From: a bacterium
GTDB lineage: Bacteria > Patescibacteriota > Minisyncoccia > Phycocordibacterales > Phycocordibacteraceae
DNA length: 64,000 bases
Assembly: GCA_021802705.1 (NCBI GenBank)
Contig: JAJZRL010000001.1
Coordinates: 20,379 to 84,378 of the forward strand
Reading direction: 5' to 3'
Shown here: positions 8,428 to 18,215 of the stretch, piece after piece
Position numbering within the stretch: position 1 is the stretch's first letter
How the letters are laid out: each line of letters starts with the position of its first letter
Program-made: the position numbers and the translations under genes
The notes under the pieces: model-generated
Database searches by the model: none
Told to the model about the DNA's origin: nothing
What the model saw: only the letters and a program-made list of their open reading frames with translations

Positions 8428-9654
8428 TCACCTTGCACGGAGCTCTTTCGAACGTGCCGCGCGATGTTTTGCAAGCGCGAAACGATGAGCTTCGGCATTC
8501 GCGAGAACGATATCGGTTTCGGAAACGGAAATGCTGGCAGCACGGACGCCGAGAATTTCACGCGGGCGATGCCGTTCATCCTTCACTACTGTTATGACAG
8601 GGATAGAAAGGCCCGCCGCCGCGAGCGCTTCTTCCGCCGTCTTCTTCTGGACTCTGCCGCCATCGACGACGATAACGTCAGGCAACGGCCACTCAGGATG
8701 TCCGAGTCGGCGCGAAAGGATTTCCCTGAGAGAACCGATGTCGTCGTCCTTCTTGAGTCCGCGGATGCGGAACGTGCGATACGCTTTCTTCACGGGCATA
8801 CCCGCTTCGACGACGACCATGACGCCGATTGCGTTGGTTCCGGCAAGATGGGCTGTGTCATAGGCCTCGATACGCATTTCTCCCGTCTCCTCGCGGTCTT
8901 CTTTGATAAGCGAAACGTCCTGCACATGATCGAGAGCATAGAGCTCGCGACGAAGCTCGGCCGCATCTTCGAAACGTTCTTCCTTCGCCGCCTGCCTCAT
9001 CTGTTTTTCGAGTGACTTGCGCAATTCGGTCGTGCGGCCGGCAAGGAAGAGCGCGATGTGCCGGATCGCTCGCCGGTATGCCTTCGCGTCGAGCGCGCGG
9101 GGATATTGCCCGATCTGCCGGTTAAACTCGACCTTCGCGAGCGCATGCTTGCTCTTTGTCATAACCGGCTTTGGCGTATCGTAGAAAGGGAAAATCTTAC
9201 GGATGAGCCGGAGCGCGTCGCGGAGCTGCGATCCGGATGGAAACGGCCCGAATATCTTCACGATTGGAAAGTCAGACTTTCCAGAATCAAGGTCTTTGCC
9301 GCGCATAGTGAGCACGCGCGGCCACTCCTCTTTCGTGATGACCGCATAAAGGAAAGTCTTGTCATCCTTCCCTTCCACGTTCGCCTTCGGCTGATATTTC
9401 TTGATAAGCGCCGCTTCACGCACCAAAGCTTCGAGCACGGTCAGCGTCGGCTCGAACGCGACCGTTCCGGCTTTCGTCACCATGTCGACAATACGCGGAC
9501 CTCGGGTCACGATGAGGTCGTCATCAAAATAGCTTCTCACGCGGTCGCGAAGCGATGTCGCTTTGCCGACATAGAGCACCGTCCGGCCTTTCTTGAAAAG
9601 ATACACGCCCGGTGTGTCGGGCAGATCGAGCTTATGAAGGTCGCTTCTTTGCAT
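8428..9654 (-). CDS. uvrC: Excinuclease ABC subunit C (short form, no C-terminal HhH)
   Basis: GIY-YIG motif PGVYLF...YVGKA..LRDRV, UVR motif FEDAAELR, RIEAYD and VVDGG. Start MQRSD chosen. Confidence 0.92.
   Translation of the reverse strand: MQRSDLHKLDLPDTPGVYLFKKGRTVLYVGKATSLRDRVRSYFDDDLIVTRGPRIVDMVTKAGTVAFEPTLTVLEALVREAALIKKYQPKANVEGKDDKTFLYAVITKEEWPRVLTMRGKDLDSGKSDFPIVKIFGPFPSGSQLRDALRLIRKIFPFYDTPKPVMTKSKHALAKVEFNRQIGQYPRALDAKAYRRAIRHIALFLAGRTTELRKSLEKQMRQAAKEERFEDAAELRRELYALDHVQDVSLIKEDREETGEMRIEAYDTAHLAGTNAIGVMVVVEAGMPVKKAYRTFRIRGLKKDDDIGSLREILSRRLGHPEWPLPDVIVVDGGRVQKKTAEEALAAAGLSIPVITVVKDERHRPREILGVRAASISVSETDIVLANAEAHRFALAKHRAARSKELRAR
9265..9285. repeat. Palindromic repeat copy inside uvrC
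   Basis: TGGAAAGTCAGACTTTCCAGA, identical to the core at 42757-42777. Confidence 0.85.
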
Positions 9655-12289
9655 GGCGGTGCTTAAGCGTTCTCGAAAGGTAAACGCCGGTGTGAGAGTT
9701 GTCAGTCGCGGCGACTTCTTCAGGAGTACCTTTGGCGATAACCTTACCGCCGCCTTCACCGCCTTCGGGACCGAAATCAATGAGATGATCAGCGCTCTTG
9801 ATGACGTCAAGGTTGTGTTCGATGACGACGACCGTGTTGCCGCGCGCAACGAGCTCCTGGAGGATCTCGATAAGCTTCTTCACGTCGTCGTAATGGAGTC
9901 CGACGGTAGGCTCGTCGAGGAGGTAGAGCGTCTTCATCGTTGTCGGACGGTAAAGTTCCGAGGCGATCTTTATGCGCTGAGCTTCGCCGCCCGATAAGGT
10001 CGTCGCGCTCTGGCCGAGCGTAAGGTATTCGAGTCCGGTGGCGTTCAGCGAGCTCAGCCGTTCCTGGATAGCGGGGATATCTTCGAAGAATCTTTCCGCT
10101 TCCTCGACCGTCATTTCGAGCACGTCGCGGATATTCCTGCCGCGATAAGTCACTTCCAGCGTTTCCTTCATGAAGCGCGTACCGTTGCAGACATCGCAGG
10201 TTACGTAGACCGTCGGCAGGAAGTGCATCTCAACCGCGATAGAGCCGTTGCCCTGACAAGCCTCGCAGCGTCCGCCAGGCACGTTGAACGAGAAACGGCC
10301 GGGCTTCCATCCGCGAGCCCGCGCTTCGCTCGTAGCTGCAAAGAGGTCGCGGATATGCGTAAACGCGCCGGTATACGTAGCGGGATTAGACCGCGGCGTA
10401 CGGCCGATCGGTGACTGATCGATGAGGATCGCGCGCCCGATATACTCGGTACCGGCGAGCGAGGAGACATGCTCGAGCTTGGATTCGCGTTTCGCGAAGC
10501 GCTTGGCGATGTTCTTATGAAGGATGTCGTAAAGGAAGGTTGACTTGCCGGAGCCGGAAACGCCGGTGATGCAGACGAGTTTGCCGAGCGGCAGATCGAT
10601 GTTCTGGTTGACGAGATTATGGAGGGTCGCGCCACGCACTTTTATCCACCCGCGCTCGGCAGTGCGGCGCGTCTCGGGCACCGCTATGCTGTTTTCCTGG
10701 CGCAGGTAGGAGAGCGTGCGAGAGCCGCTCTTATTCTCTTTTGCTTCAAGAAGATCGGAGAGCCAACCCGAAACGACAACCTTGCCGCCATGCGTGCCGG
10801 CGCCGGGCCCGATGTCGACGATGTAGTCAGAGGCATAGATCGTATCCTCGTCATGCTCGACCACGATGATCGTGTTACCGAGGTCTTTGAGCGTAAGGAG
10901 GGTTTTGATAAGCCGGTCGTTGTCGCGCTGATGCAGCCCGACGGTCGGTTCATCGAGCACGTAGAGCGCGCCGGTGAGCCCGCTTCCGAGCTGAGAAGCG
11001 AGACGGATGCGCTGCGCCTCGCCTCCCGAGAGCGTCGCGGCCGATCGGTCGAGCGTGAGATAATCGAGCCCGACGTTCAGCATGAAGGTAAGACGGCTTT
11101 CGATCTCTTTGAGGATCGGTGCTGCTATGTCGAATTTCATGTCGGTAAGCTCGATCGAATCGATAAAATCTTTCGCGTCGCGGATCGACATCGACGTGAA
11201 ATCCACGATGTTCTTGCCAAGTCCCTTGTCTTTGTCGCCTTTCAGGTATACGCGCAGAGCTTCGGGACGCAGGCGTTTGCCTTCGCACGCCGGACACGCT
11301 TCCTCGGAAAAGAGCGTCTTGGTACCGAGCCCGTTACAGGCCGGGCACGCGCCGTAAGGCGAGTTGAATGAAAAGAGGCGCGGTTCGACTTCCGGGAATG
11401 ACGTACCATCGTCCGGACAAATGAATTTTGACGAGAGCGTTTCGACCGTGCTATCGGCGTGACCGATCTTCACGAGACCATCCGCTTCCTTAAGCGCGAG
11501 CTCGAGCGCTTCGGAGAGACGCTCGCGCGCCGTTGCGGCCGAACGTGTGAACTCGGAGACATAGATGCTGTCGACAATCGCATCGATGCTGTGGCGCTTG
11601 TTGCGGTCGAGAACGATCTTCTCGCGCAGGTTGTGCGGTGCGCCGTCAATCACCACCTTCTCGAAACCTTTGCCGAGGAGATCGTAAAGAAGCTGATAGT
11701 ATTCGCCCTTGCGCCCGACGACCACCGGTGCGTAAATGACGACCGCTCTCTTGTCGACGGCCACGCCGAGCACTTCGCCGGCTCCTTTCGGCTTATCCTG
11801 TCTTGCCTCGATGTGCGAGAAAACGAGTTTTATCATCTCCTCCTTCGAGAGACGCGAGATGTGCACGTCGTGATGGATGCAGTAGGGCTGGCCCGCACGG
11901 GCATACAAAACGCGCAGGTAGTCGTAAATCTCGGTGACGGTCGCCACGGTCGAACGCGGATTGTTGGAACGGCTTTTCTGGTCTATGGAAATGGCCGGCG
12001 AGAGGCCCGTGATCTCATCGACGTCGGGTTTCGCCATCTGATTCAGGAACTGGCGCGCATACGCGGAAAGCGACTCGACATACCGCCGCTGCCCTTCGGC
12101 GAAAATCGTATCGAAAGCGAGCGAAGACTTGCCCGAACCGGAGAGGCCGGTGATAACCGTCATCGCCCCGCGCGGCATCTCGACATCGATATCCTTCAGA
12201 TTATGCGTGCGCGCGCCCTTCACGCGGATCCAGTCGCTCCCGTGTCTGTGCGTATGTTCCTCTTTTTCTTTTGCGGTCTTTTTCGGCAT
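9632..12289 (-). CDS. uvrA: Excinuclease ABC subunit A
   Basis: GARTHNLK, two Walker A motifs ([16 protein letters not shown]), LSGGEAQR twice, zinc fingers. Start MPKKT chosen. Confidence 0.97.
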   Translation of the reverse strand: MPKKTAKEKEEHTHRHGSDWIRVKGARTHNLKDIDVEMPRGAMTVITGLSGSGKSSLAFDTIFAEGQRRYVESLSAYARQFLNQMAKPDVDEITGLSPAISIDQKSRSNNPRSTVATVTEIYDYLRVLYARAGQPYCIHHDVHISRLSKEEMIKLVFSHIEARQDKPKGAGEVLGVAVDKRAVVIYAPVVVGRKGEYYQLLYDLLGKGFEKVVIDGAPHNLREKIVLDRNKRHSIDAIVDSIYVSEFTRSAATARERLSEALELALKEADGLVKIGHADSTVETLSSKFICPDDGTSFPEVEPRLFSFNSPYGACPACNGLGTKTLFSEEACPACEGKRLRPEALRVYLKGDKDKGLGKNIVDFTSMSIRDAKDFIDSIELTDMKFDIAAPILKEIESRLTFMLNVGLDYLTLDRSAATLSGGEAQRIRLASQLGSGLTGALYVLDEPTVGLHQRDNDRLIKTLLTLKDLGNTIIVVEHDEDTIYASDYIVDIGPGAGTHGGKVVVSGWLSDLLEAKENKSGSRTLSYLRQENSIAVPETRRTAERGWIKVRGATLHNLVNQNIDLPLGKLVCITGVSGSGKSTFLYDILHKNIAKRFAKRESKLEHVSSLAGTEYIGRAILIDQSPIGRTPRSNPATYTGAFTHIRDLFAATSEARARGWKPGRFSFNVPGGRCEACQGNGSIAVEMHFLPTVYVTCDVCNGTRFMKETLEVTYRGRNIRDVLEMTVEEAERFFEDIPAIQERLSSLNATGLEYLTLGQSATTLSGGEAQRIKIASELYRPTTMKTLYLLDEPTVGLHYDDVKKLIEILQELVARGNTVVVIEHNLDVIKSADHLIDFGPEGGEGGGKVIAKGTPEEVAATDNSHTGVYLSRTLKHRHAKKRPS

Positions 12290-12529
12290 GCCTAAATCCT
12301 GCCCGTGGCGGGACAGGTACGATGTGACTATACCACGAAAACTCCCCTGCACAGAAACCTCCCGACCCCGATGACTCGACGCCGGAATATGCCCGCGTTC
12401 TTTATTCGTGCAGAGCGTATAGCCACGAAATATTGACAATGATTTAGTCCCTGTTTATATATAGCTAGCTGTTCGGTTCCGCTGCCCTTCTGGACCGCGG
12501 TTGATCCTTGAACTTTTGGGAGAGATCTC

Positions 12530-13258
12530 ATGAATACCGTTAGTCTCATTATCGCAGCATGGGTTGGACTCGGGACGCTCGGCATCTGGTTCCTCGTCTG
12601 TCTCTTCACCGTCGCGAATCTGCACTATCGCGACGAAAAGACGTGGCATGCACGGTTCATCCTTATGCCGAGAAACCTGATTGCTCAGGCCACTTCGGCA
12701 TCATCGACACCCAAGCTGCCGAGAGACAAGTGCTCCTATTTCCGGAGTATGTTTCTTTGGACGTTTGTCAGATGGATCCTTTTGGCCGTGATAATAACCG
12801 CCATCTTGGGCCTATACGCCATTACGACTAGCTTTAAGCTGATCAGAGACTGGATCGTCTATCCTGTCTTCACTGGCAAATACGTACTGCTCTTTCACGA
12901 GCTCGGGGACCGGAATGCTGATCCTCTTCCATGGAAGACAGCGGTTGGGGCATACCTGTCGACCGGATTCGGATTGTCAGAGGAAAGGTATGCTATCGAT
13001 GGCAAGATCCCGTTTACCCGGACTCCTCCCGTCGTATGGATATCCTTGTCGGCATTGCTGTACGAGACCGTCATACATTGGCGCGATGTGTCTCAGAGCG
13101 TTTTCGGGATAATTCCTCAGGCGCTATCCGTCATTGCTGTCTTTACCCTGATCTTTCTCGTCGTGAAAAACAAGCAGAAAATCGGAGCGACTATCGAGCG
13201 AGCACGCCACAGGGTTTGCTGGGAACTTCCCGACCCTCCTAGGGAGACGATCGAATAA
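12530..13258 (+). CDS. Hypothetical membrane protein inserted antisense between uvrB and uvrA
   Basis: 242-aa ORF with several hydrophobic segments and GGGAGAG Shine-Dalgarno. Confidence 0.7.
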   Translation: MNTVSLIIAAWVGLGTLGIWFLVCLFTVANLHYRDEKTWHARFILMPRNLIAQATSASSTPKLPRDKCSYFRSMFLWTFVRWILLAVIITAILGLYAITTSFKLIRDWIVYPVFTGKYVLLFHELGDRNADPLPWKTAVGAYLSTGFGLSEERYAIDGKIPFTRTPPVVWISLSALLYETVIHWRDVSQSVFGIIPQALSVIAVFTLIFLVVKNKQKIGATIERARHRVCWELPDPPRETIE

Positions 13259-13297
13259 TTCCCCTTCTTATCGAGGCCTACATTGCGTAGGCCTTGT

Positions 13298-15340
13298 TTA
13301 TTTTCCTGATGGCGACCTTTTAGCCTGCTTCCTCCTTTTCGGCTCGGTACCCTCGAGCCGATAGATCTCATCGCGGATGAGCGCGGCTGTCTCAAAATCG
13401 AGACGTTCTACGGCCTCAGCCATCTCCTCGCGTTTTCTCTTGATGAGCGTTTTCGGGTTCTTCCTGTAAGCAAGTTCGTCGAGCGCTATGAGCTCGTCCA
13501 CGGTCTTCTGGTGCTCGCTCCGCATCGTCTCGGCGATATCTTTGATTTCTTTCTTGATCGTCTCCGGCGTGATGCCGTGCTCCCTGTTATACGCAAGTTG
13601 CAGTTCGCGGCGACGGTTGGTCTCGCCGATAGCCCTTTCCAGTGAGCCGGTCATAACGTCGGCATAGAGAATGACGCGGCCCTGAACGTTCCGGGCCGCC
13701 CGCCCGATGGTCTGAATGAGCGAGGTTTCGGAGCGCAAGAAGCCTTCCTTGTCGGCGTCGAGGATGCCTACGAGCTCGACTTCGGGCAAGTCGAGCCCTT
13801 CACGCAAAAGGTTCACGCCAACGAGGACGTCGAACTCGCCTCTGCGGAACTTCGTAAGGATCTCGATACGGTCGATCGTTTTCACATCGGAGTGGAGGTA
13901 CTCGGCCTTGACGCCCTTGTCACGCAGAAAGATCGAGAGGTCTTCAGCCATCTGCTTGGTGAGAGTCGTCGCGAGCACGCGGCCACCTCTCTTGATGACG
14001 CGTTCGGCCTCGGCGATGAAGTCTGCGACCTGGCCCGGATACTCCTTCGCCTCGATAACGCCCTTAACCGCGAGCTCCGGATCGACGAGCCCCGTCGGAC
14101 GGATGATCTGCTCGACTATCTGCTTGGAATGGTCGCGCTCATACGAACCCGGCGTGGCGCTCGTGCAGATGACCTGTCCCACGCGCTCCTCGAACTCTTC
14201 GCCGGTGAGCGGGCGGTTGTCGCGGGCCGACGGAAGGCGGAAACCGTATTCGACAAGATTATCCTTACGCGAACGATCGCCCGCGTACATGCCCGCGATC
14301 TGCGGCACCGTAACGTGCGATTCGTCGATTATCGTGAGGAAATCCTTATCGCATCGCTTGAAGTAGTCGAGGAGCGTGTACGGCGCATCGCCGGCTTTAC
14401 GGCCGTCGAAATGGCGCGAGTAGTTCTCGATACCGTTCACGTAACCGATCTCGCGAATCATCGCGATGTCATGGAGCGTACGGCGTTTCAGGCGTTCGGC
14501 TTCGAGCGGCTTGGATTCCCTTTTGAATTTCGCGAGCTGCTCGTCGAGCTCGACCTTGATATCCGCGAGCGCCCGTTCGCGTTCCTCCTCGTTCGTTACG
14601 AAATGTTTGGCCGGAAAGACAAAGACGCTCTCGGGTTCGCCGACATTCGCGCGCGAGATCGGATCAAGCTGGTCGATGCGCGCGATCCTGTCCTCGTCAA
14701 AGGCAACGCGATACACGATGCGCTCGTTAACCGGCATCACCTCGAGCGCGTTCCCGACCGCGCGCACCTTCCCCGGCTCAAGATCGGCACTCGTGCGCTC
14801 GAAATAGATAGTTACGAGTTTGCGGATGAGCGAAGCACGGTCCTCTTTGGCGCCTTTTTCGATCCTCACGTGCACCTTCTCGTACTCCTCGGGCGAACCG
14901 AGGCCGTAAATGGCGGAGACCGAAGCGACGATGATAACGTCTTTGCGCGTGAGGAGCGCCTGGGTCGCGGCGTGGCGCAGACGATCGATCTCGGCGTTGA
15001 TCATCGCCTCCTTCTCGATGTAGGTGTCGGAGTGCGCGATATACGCTTCCGGCTGGTAGTAGTCATAATAGGAAACGAAATAGTGCACCGCATTCTTCGG
15101 GAAGAATTCGCGATATTCCTGCGCAAGCTGTGCGGCCAGCGTCTTGTTGTGCGCAAGGACGATAGCGGGTTTCCCGTACGAGGCGATGACATTGGCTATC
15201 GTAAAAGTCTTGCCGGTGCCGGTTGCGCCGAAAAGCGTCTGGTGGCGCATCCCCTGCTCAAGCCCTTTTTCAAGCGCTTTGATGGCTTGCGGTTGGTCGC
15301 CTGATGGCGGCCACGGGGTATGTAACATGAAATCAGCCAT
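13298..15340 (-). CDS. uvrB: Excinuclease ABC subunit B
   Basis: [35 protein letters not shown] and QTIGRAARN motifs. Confidence 0.97.
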   Translation of the reverse strand: MADFMLHTPWPPSGDQPQAIKALEKGLEQGMRHQTLFGATGTGKTFTIANVIASYGKPAIVLAHNKTLAAQLAQEYREFFPKNAVHYFVSYYDYYQPEAYIAHSDTYIEKEAMINAEIDRLRHAATQALLTRKDVIIVASVSAIYGLGSPEEYEKVHVRIEKGAKEDRASLIRKLVTIYFERTSADLEPGKVRAVGNALEVMPVNERIVYRVAFDEDRIARIDQLDPISRANVGEPESVFVFPAKHFVTNEEERERALADIKVELDEQLAKFKRESKPLEAERLKRRTLHDIAMIREIGYVNGIENYSRHFDGRKAGDAPYTLLDYFKRCDKDFLTIIDESHVTVPQIAGMYAGDRSRKDNLVEYGFRLPSARDNRPLTGEEFEERVGQVICTSATPGSYERDHSKQIVEQIIRPTGLVDPELAVKGVIEAKEYPGQVADFIAEAERVIKRGGRVLATTLTKQMAEDLSIFLRDKGVKAEYLHSDVKTIDRIEILTKFRRGEFDVLVGVNLLREGLDLPEVELVGILDADKEGFLRSETSLIQTIGRAARNVQGRVILYADVMTGSLERAIGETNRRRELQLAYNREHGITPETIKKEIKDIAETMRSEHQKTVDELIALDELAYRKNPKTLIKRKREEMAEAVERLDFETAALIRDEIYRLEGTEPKRRKQAKRSPSGK

Positions 15341-16553
15341 AGTATTCGCGGATGAAGTCCGCGCGGTATTCGTCAAACCGTCCGTTTAAAATGGCTTCGC
15401 GCGCACCGGCGACGAGCTTCAGGATGAAACCGACATTGTGCATGGAAGCAATGGTAGCGCCAAGAAACTCTTTGGCGCGAATGAGGTGCGCGACATACGC
15501 TCGCGTAAAACCTTCGGTACCCGCGATGACTGTGTCAGGATCGAGCGGTCCGAAATCGTCCTTATACTTCTCGCCCGTGAGGTGGATGATGCCTCGCTTG
15601 GTGTAGAGAGAACCGTGACGGCCGATGCGGGTCGGCGCGACGCAGTCGAAAAGATCCATGCCGTTAGCGATGCCTTCAAGAATATCTCCGGGCTCGCCGA
15701 TGCCGAGGAAATGCCGCGGAAGCTCTTCCGGCAGTTCTTCCACGGCTGCTGAAAGCGCGCCGCGCATGTCTTCTTTTGAAAACGAACCGCCGATGCCGAT
15801 GCCGTCGAAGCCGAGAGAGGCTATCGTGCGCGCGGATTCGCGGCGCAGGTCTTCATGCCGACCGCCCTGCACGATGCCGAAGAGAGCCTGTCGCTCTCGC
15901 GCTCCAAGATTCTGCCGATGAGCGGCGAGTGACCGTTCCGCCCATCGGTGGGTACGCAGCATCGCTTCGCGTTGATAATCATACGGCTCCACAGGCGACG
16001 TGCACTCGTCAAAGGCGAAAAATATGTCGGCGCCGAGAGCGTGCTGTATCTCGACGGAACGTTCCGGCGTAAAGCGATGCAATGATCCGTCGATGTGCGA
16101 CGTGAACGAGACGCCTTCTTCATCGATGACCGCGAGCTGGCCGTGCTGGCTCGCGACGCTTTCATCATAAACCGCGAGCTGGTCCTCCTTCTCTCCGGTC
16201 TCGCCCTTCACGAATTTTGAAAGCGTCTTTCCGAAGGCCGCGCCGAGCGAGAAGACTTGGAAGCCGCCCGAGTCGGTCATCGTAGGTCCTTGCCACCCCA
16301 TAAACGTTCCCAGTCCGCCCGCGTTCCGCACGACCGCCTCTCCCGGCTGGAGATAGAGGTGGTAGGTGTTCGCGAGCACGACGTCGGCGCCAAGTCCTGA
16401 AAGGGTGCTTGGCAGAATACCTTTCACATCCGCCTTCGTGCCGACCGGCACGAAGGCGGGCGTGCGGATGACGCCGTGCGAGGTCGCGAGAGCGCCGGCG
16501 CGCGCGCCGGCGTGCGGCGCGCGCGCCTCTATGGCAAAAGAGAAGGCACTCAT
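15333..16553 (-). CDS. tgt: Queuine tRNA-ribosyltransferase
   Basis: TPAFVPVGT, NTYHL, DSGGFQVFSL, GIVQGG and FDCVAPTR motifs. Confidence 0.95.
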   Translation of the reverse strand: MSAFSFAIEARAPHAGARAGALATSHGVIRTPAFVPVGTKADVKGILPSTLSGLGADVVLANTYHLYLQPGEAVVRNAGGLGTFMGWQGPTMTDSGGFQVFSLGAAFGKTLSKFVKGETGEKEDQLAVYDESVASQHGQLAVIDEEGVSFTSHIDGSLHRFTPERSVEIQHALGADIFFAFDECTSPVEPYDYQREAMLRTHRWAERSLAAHRQNLGARERQALFGIVQGGRHEDLRRESARTIASLGFDGIGIGGSFSKEDMRGALSAAVEELPEELPRHFLGIGEPGDILEGIANGMDLFDCVAPTRIGRHGSLYTKRGIIHLTGEKYKDDFGPLDPDTVIAGTEGFTRAYVAHLIRAKEFLGATIASMHNVGFILKLVAGAREAILNGRFDEYRADFIREYYG

Positions 16554-16568
16554 CCCTACACCGTAACA

Positions 16569-16617
16569 AAAATAAAAGAACCGTGCAGCACTCGTCGAAA
16601 GGACGATGCTGCACGGA
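16569..16617 (-). terminator. Probable intrinsic terminator
   Basis: CCGTGCAGCA...TGCTGCACGG stem with an A-rich left flank, after the lipoprotein stop. Confidence 0.6.
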
Positions 16618-16637
16618 CCTTGAAAGACCTTTGATGA

Positions 16638-17255
16638 CTATCGCGAAACCGGCTTGGCTGCCGGCCGGTCGAGAAGCGCAGGCGGTATCGAATCCCCCGC
16701 TGCTTTCCCGGCATAGACGACGACGACATGCGTGCCGCGGAAATCCGGATCGATCCGGACTATGTCTTCCCAGAAATCGCGCGTACACGTTCCCTTCGCC
16801 GATGCCATGGCGTAGCTTCCGGTTATAAGACCGTTCACGGCGCCGGGCAAGACGTATGCGATACCGCCGTAGAGAGCGTACGCAGATTCGCTTGCGCCCG
16901 CGAATGCCGCTTTCGCGGCGGGGCCGACACCTAATCCGGCAAGACCGTACGGTACGGCGCCGTTTAAGCCGGATTGCCCGGAACCGGCGAGTTGGGCATC
17001 GATTTGCCGCTGGCACGAGATGGAATATTCTTGTATTTTTTGCAACGCTTTCGGCGAAATCTTCCCCCCGTTGAAATCCGGGTTCTGCACGATGGCGATC
17101 TGCGCCATCGCAGCGGGAGAATAGCCGCCGTGCTCTACCACCTTCATGTCATGCGGGGACGCCGATACGTACCCGTTAAACGACGACGTTGCGCACGCCC
17201 CGAGCAAAAGCGGGGCACCGGCGAGGACGCACCCTCGCACAACTGACTTCAACAT
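16638..17255 (-). CDS. Hypothetical lipoprotein
   Basis: Lipobox LLLGAC after a short signal peptide, Gly/Ala-rich hydrophobic segment, GGAGAGAG Shine-Dalgarno. Confidence 0.7.
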   Translation of the reverse strand: MLKSVVRGCVLAGAPLLLGACATSSFNGYVSASPHDMKVVEHGGYSPAAMAQIAIVQNPDFNGGKISPKALQKIQEYSISCQRQIDAQLAGSGQSGLNGAVPYGLAGLGVGPAAKAAFAGASESAYALYGGIAYVLPGAVNGLITGSYAMASAKGTCTRDFWEDIVRIDPDFRGTHVVVVYAGKAAGDSIPPALLDRPAAKPVSR

Positions 17256-17362
17256 GATGATCTCTCCTCTCCAAGACACCCGACAAACCTTCGGGCAAGG
17301 CGTAACAAAGACCGCTCCTACCGAGTAGTCCTATAACACGAGACGGACGAAATAGCAATCCG

Positions 17363-17875
17363 TTACTGCGCCGGCTTCTGCACCTTCAAGAGCTCGACTT
17401 CAAATATAAGCGTCGAGTTTGCCGGAATGACGTTCCCGATAGCCTGATCGCCATACGCAAGAGGGGCGGGGATGACGAGCTTGCGCTTACCCCCGACTCT
17501 CATCCCGACGATACCTTCATCCCACCCTTTTATCACTTGTCCCGCTCCGAGCGTAAAGGTGAATCCTTGCGAGCCATGATTGGCGGATGCGTCAAAAACG
17601 GTGCCGTTGGCCAATGACCCGACATAGTTGACCGTAACCGAATCCCCCGGCTCGGCGACTGCGCCTGTTCCGACGGATTCATCGGTGATCTGTAGCTGGT
17701 TCGTAGTATCGTTTGGCATGGTTGTAGAGGCGGTTTGATTGATAGTGGTTGCTTCAGCCGTTTGCCCGTTTGACGGAGCAGCCGGCTGGAACGGCGAGAA
17801 TCCGGGAAGGATGAAAAATATGATGACGACAACGAGCGCGAGCGTAACAGCGATTCCTGTTGGTGTTGGTTTCAT
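17363..17875 (-). CDS. FKBP-type peptidyl-prolyl isomerase with N-terminal membrane anchor
   Basis: VNYVG, VFDAS, VIKGWDEG, AYG and IPANSTLIFEVELL motifs. Confidence 0.95.
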   Translation of the reverse strand: MKPTPTGIAVTLALVVVIIFFILPGFSPFQPAAPSNGQTAEATTINQTASTTMPNDTTNQLQITDESVGTGAVAEPGDSVTVNYVGSLANGTVFDASANHGSQGFTFTLGAGQVIKGWDEGIVGMRVGGKRKLVIPAPLAYGDQAIGNVIPANSTLIFEVELLKVQKPAQ

Positions 17876-17890
17876 ATGGTGGAAAGTATA

Positions 17891-18199
17891 CTATGCGGCC
17901 TGGAATTTCTTAAAGCGTTGCACTTCTTCCGTAACAGCGCGTTTTACCAGCTCATCATGATCAGGGACTTCCCGATCAAGGAACGTCTTGAGCGCCACGA
18001 TATCTCCCGCTTCTGAGAGCTTTGAGAATTCAGCGCGCAGCTCTTCCGAAAGTCTCGAGAGTACGGATATCGTCGCTGCCTTGAGCGCAACTTCGCCGAA
18101 TTGCGCGATGAGCATACGCTGTTCCTCTTGCGGGCGGTCTGCGATACCGAGATCCTGAGCAATGCGAGCGGCTGCGTCATCGGGCATAGTCTGTATCAT
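17891..18199 (-). CDS. Small helical hypothetical protein of a type common in CPR genomes (DUF5663-like)
   Basis: DLGI..PQEEQ..LI.QFGE pattern; co-directional with neighbours. Confidence 0.6.
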   Translation of the reverse strand: MIQTMPDDAAARIAQDLGIADRPQEEQRMLIAQFGEVALKAATISVLSRLSEELRAEFSKLSEAGDIVALKTFLDREVPDHDELVKRAVTEEVQRFKKFQAA

Positions 18200-18215
18200 A
18201 GCACGGGCCGTAAAG

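Noticed and set aside
13892-15304. 470-aa plus-strand ORF, and similar long ORFs at 22283-23398, 29824-31098, 39006-40058, 43221-44306 and 50145-51257
   Set aside because: Antisense shadows of well-supported genes (uvrB, VirD4-like, nirK, serS, relA, clpB) with no motifs; expected from GC-rich codon bias.
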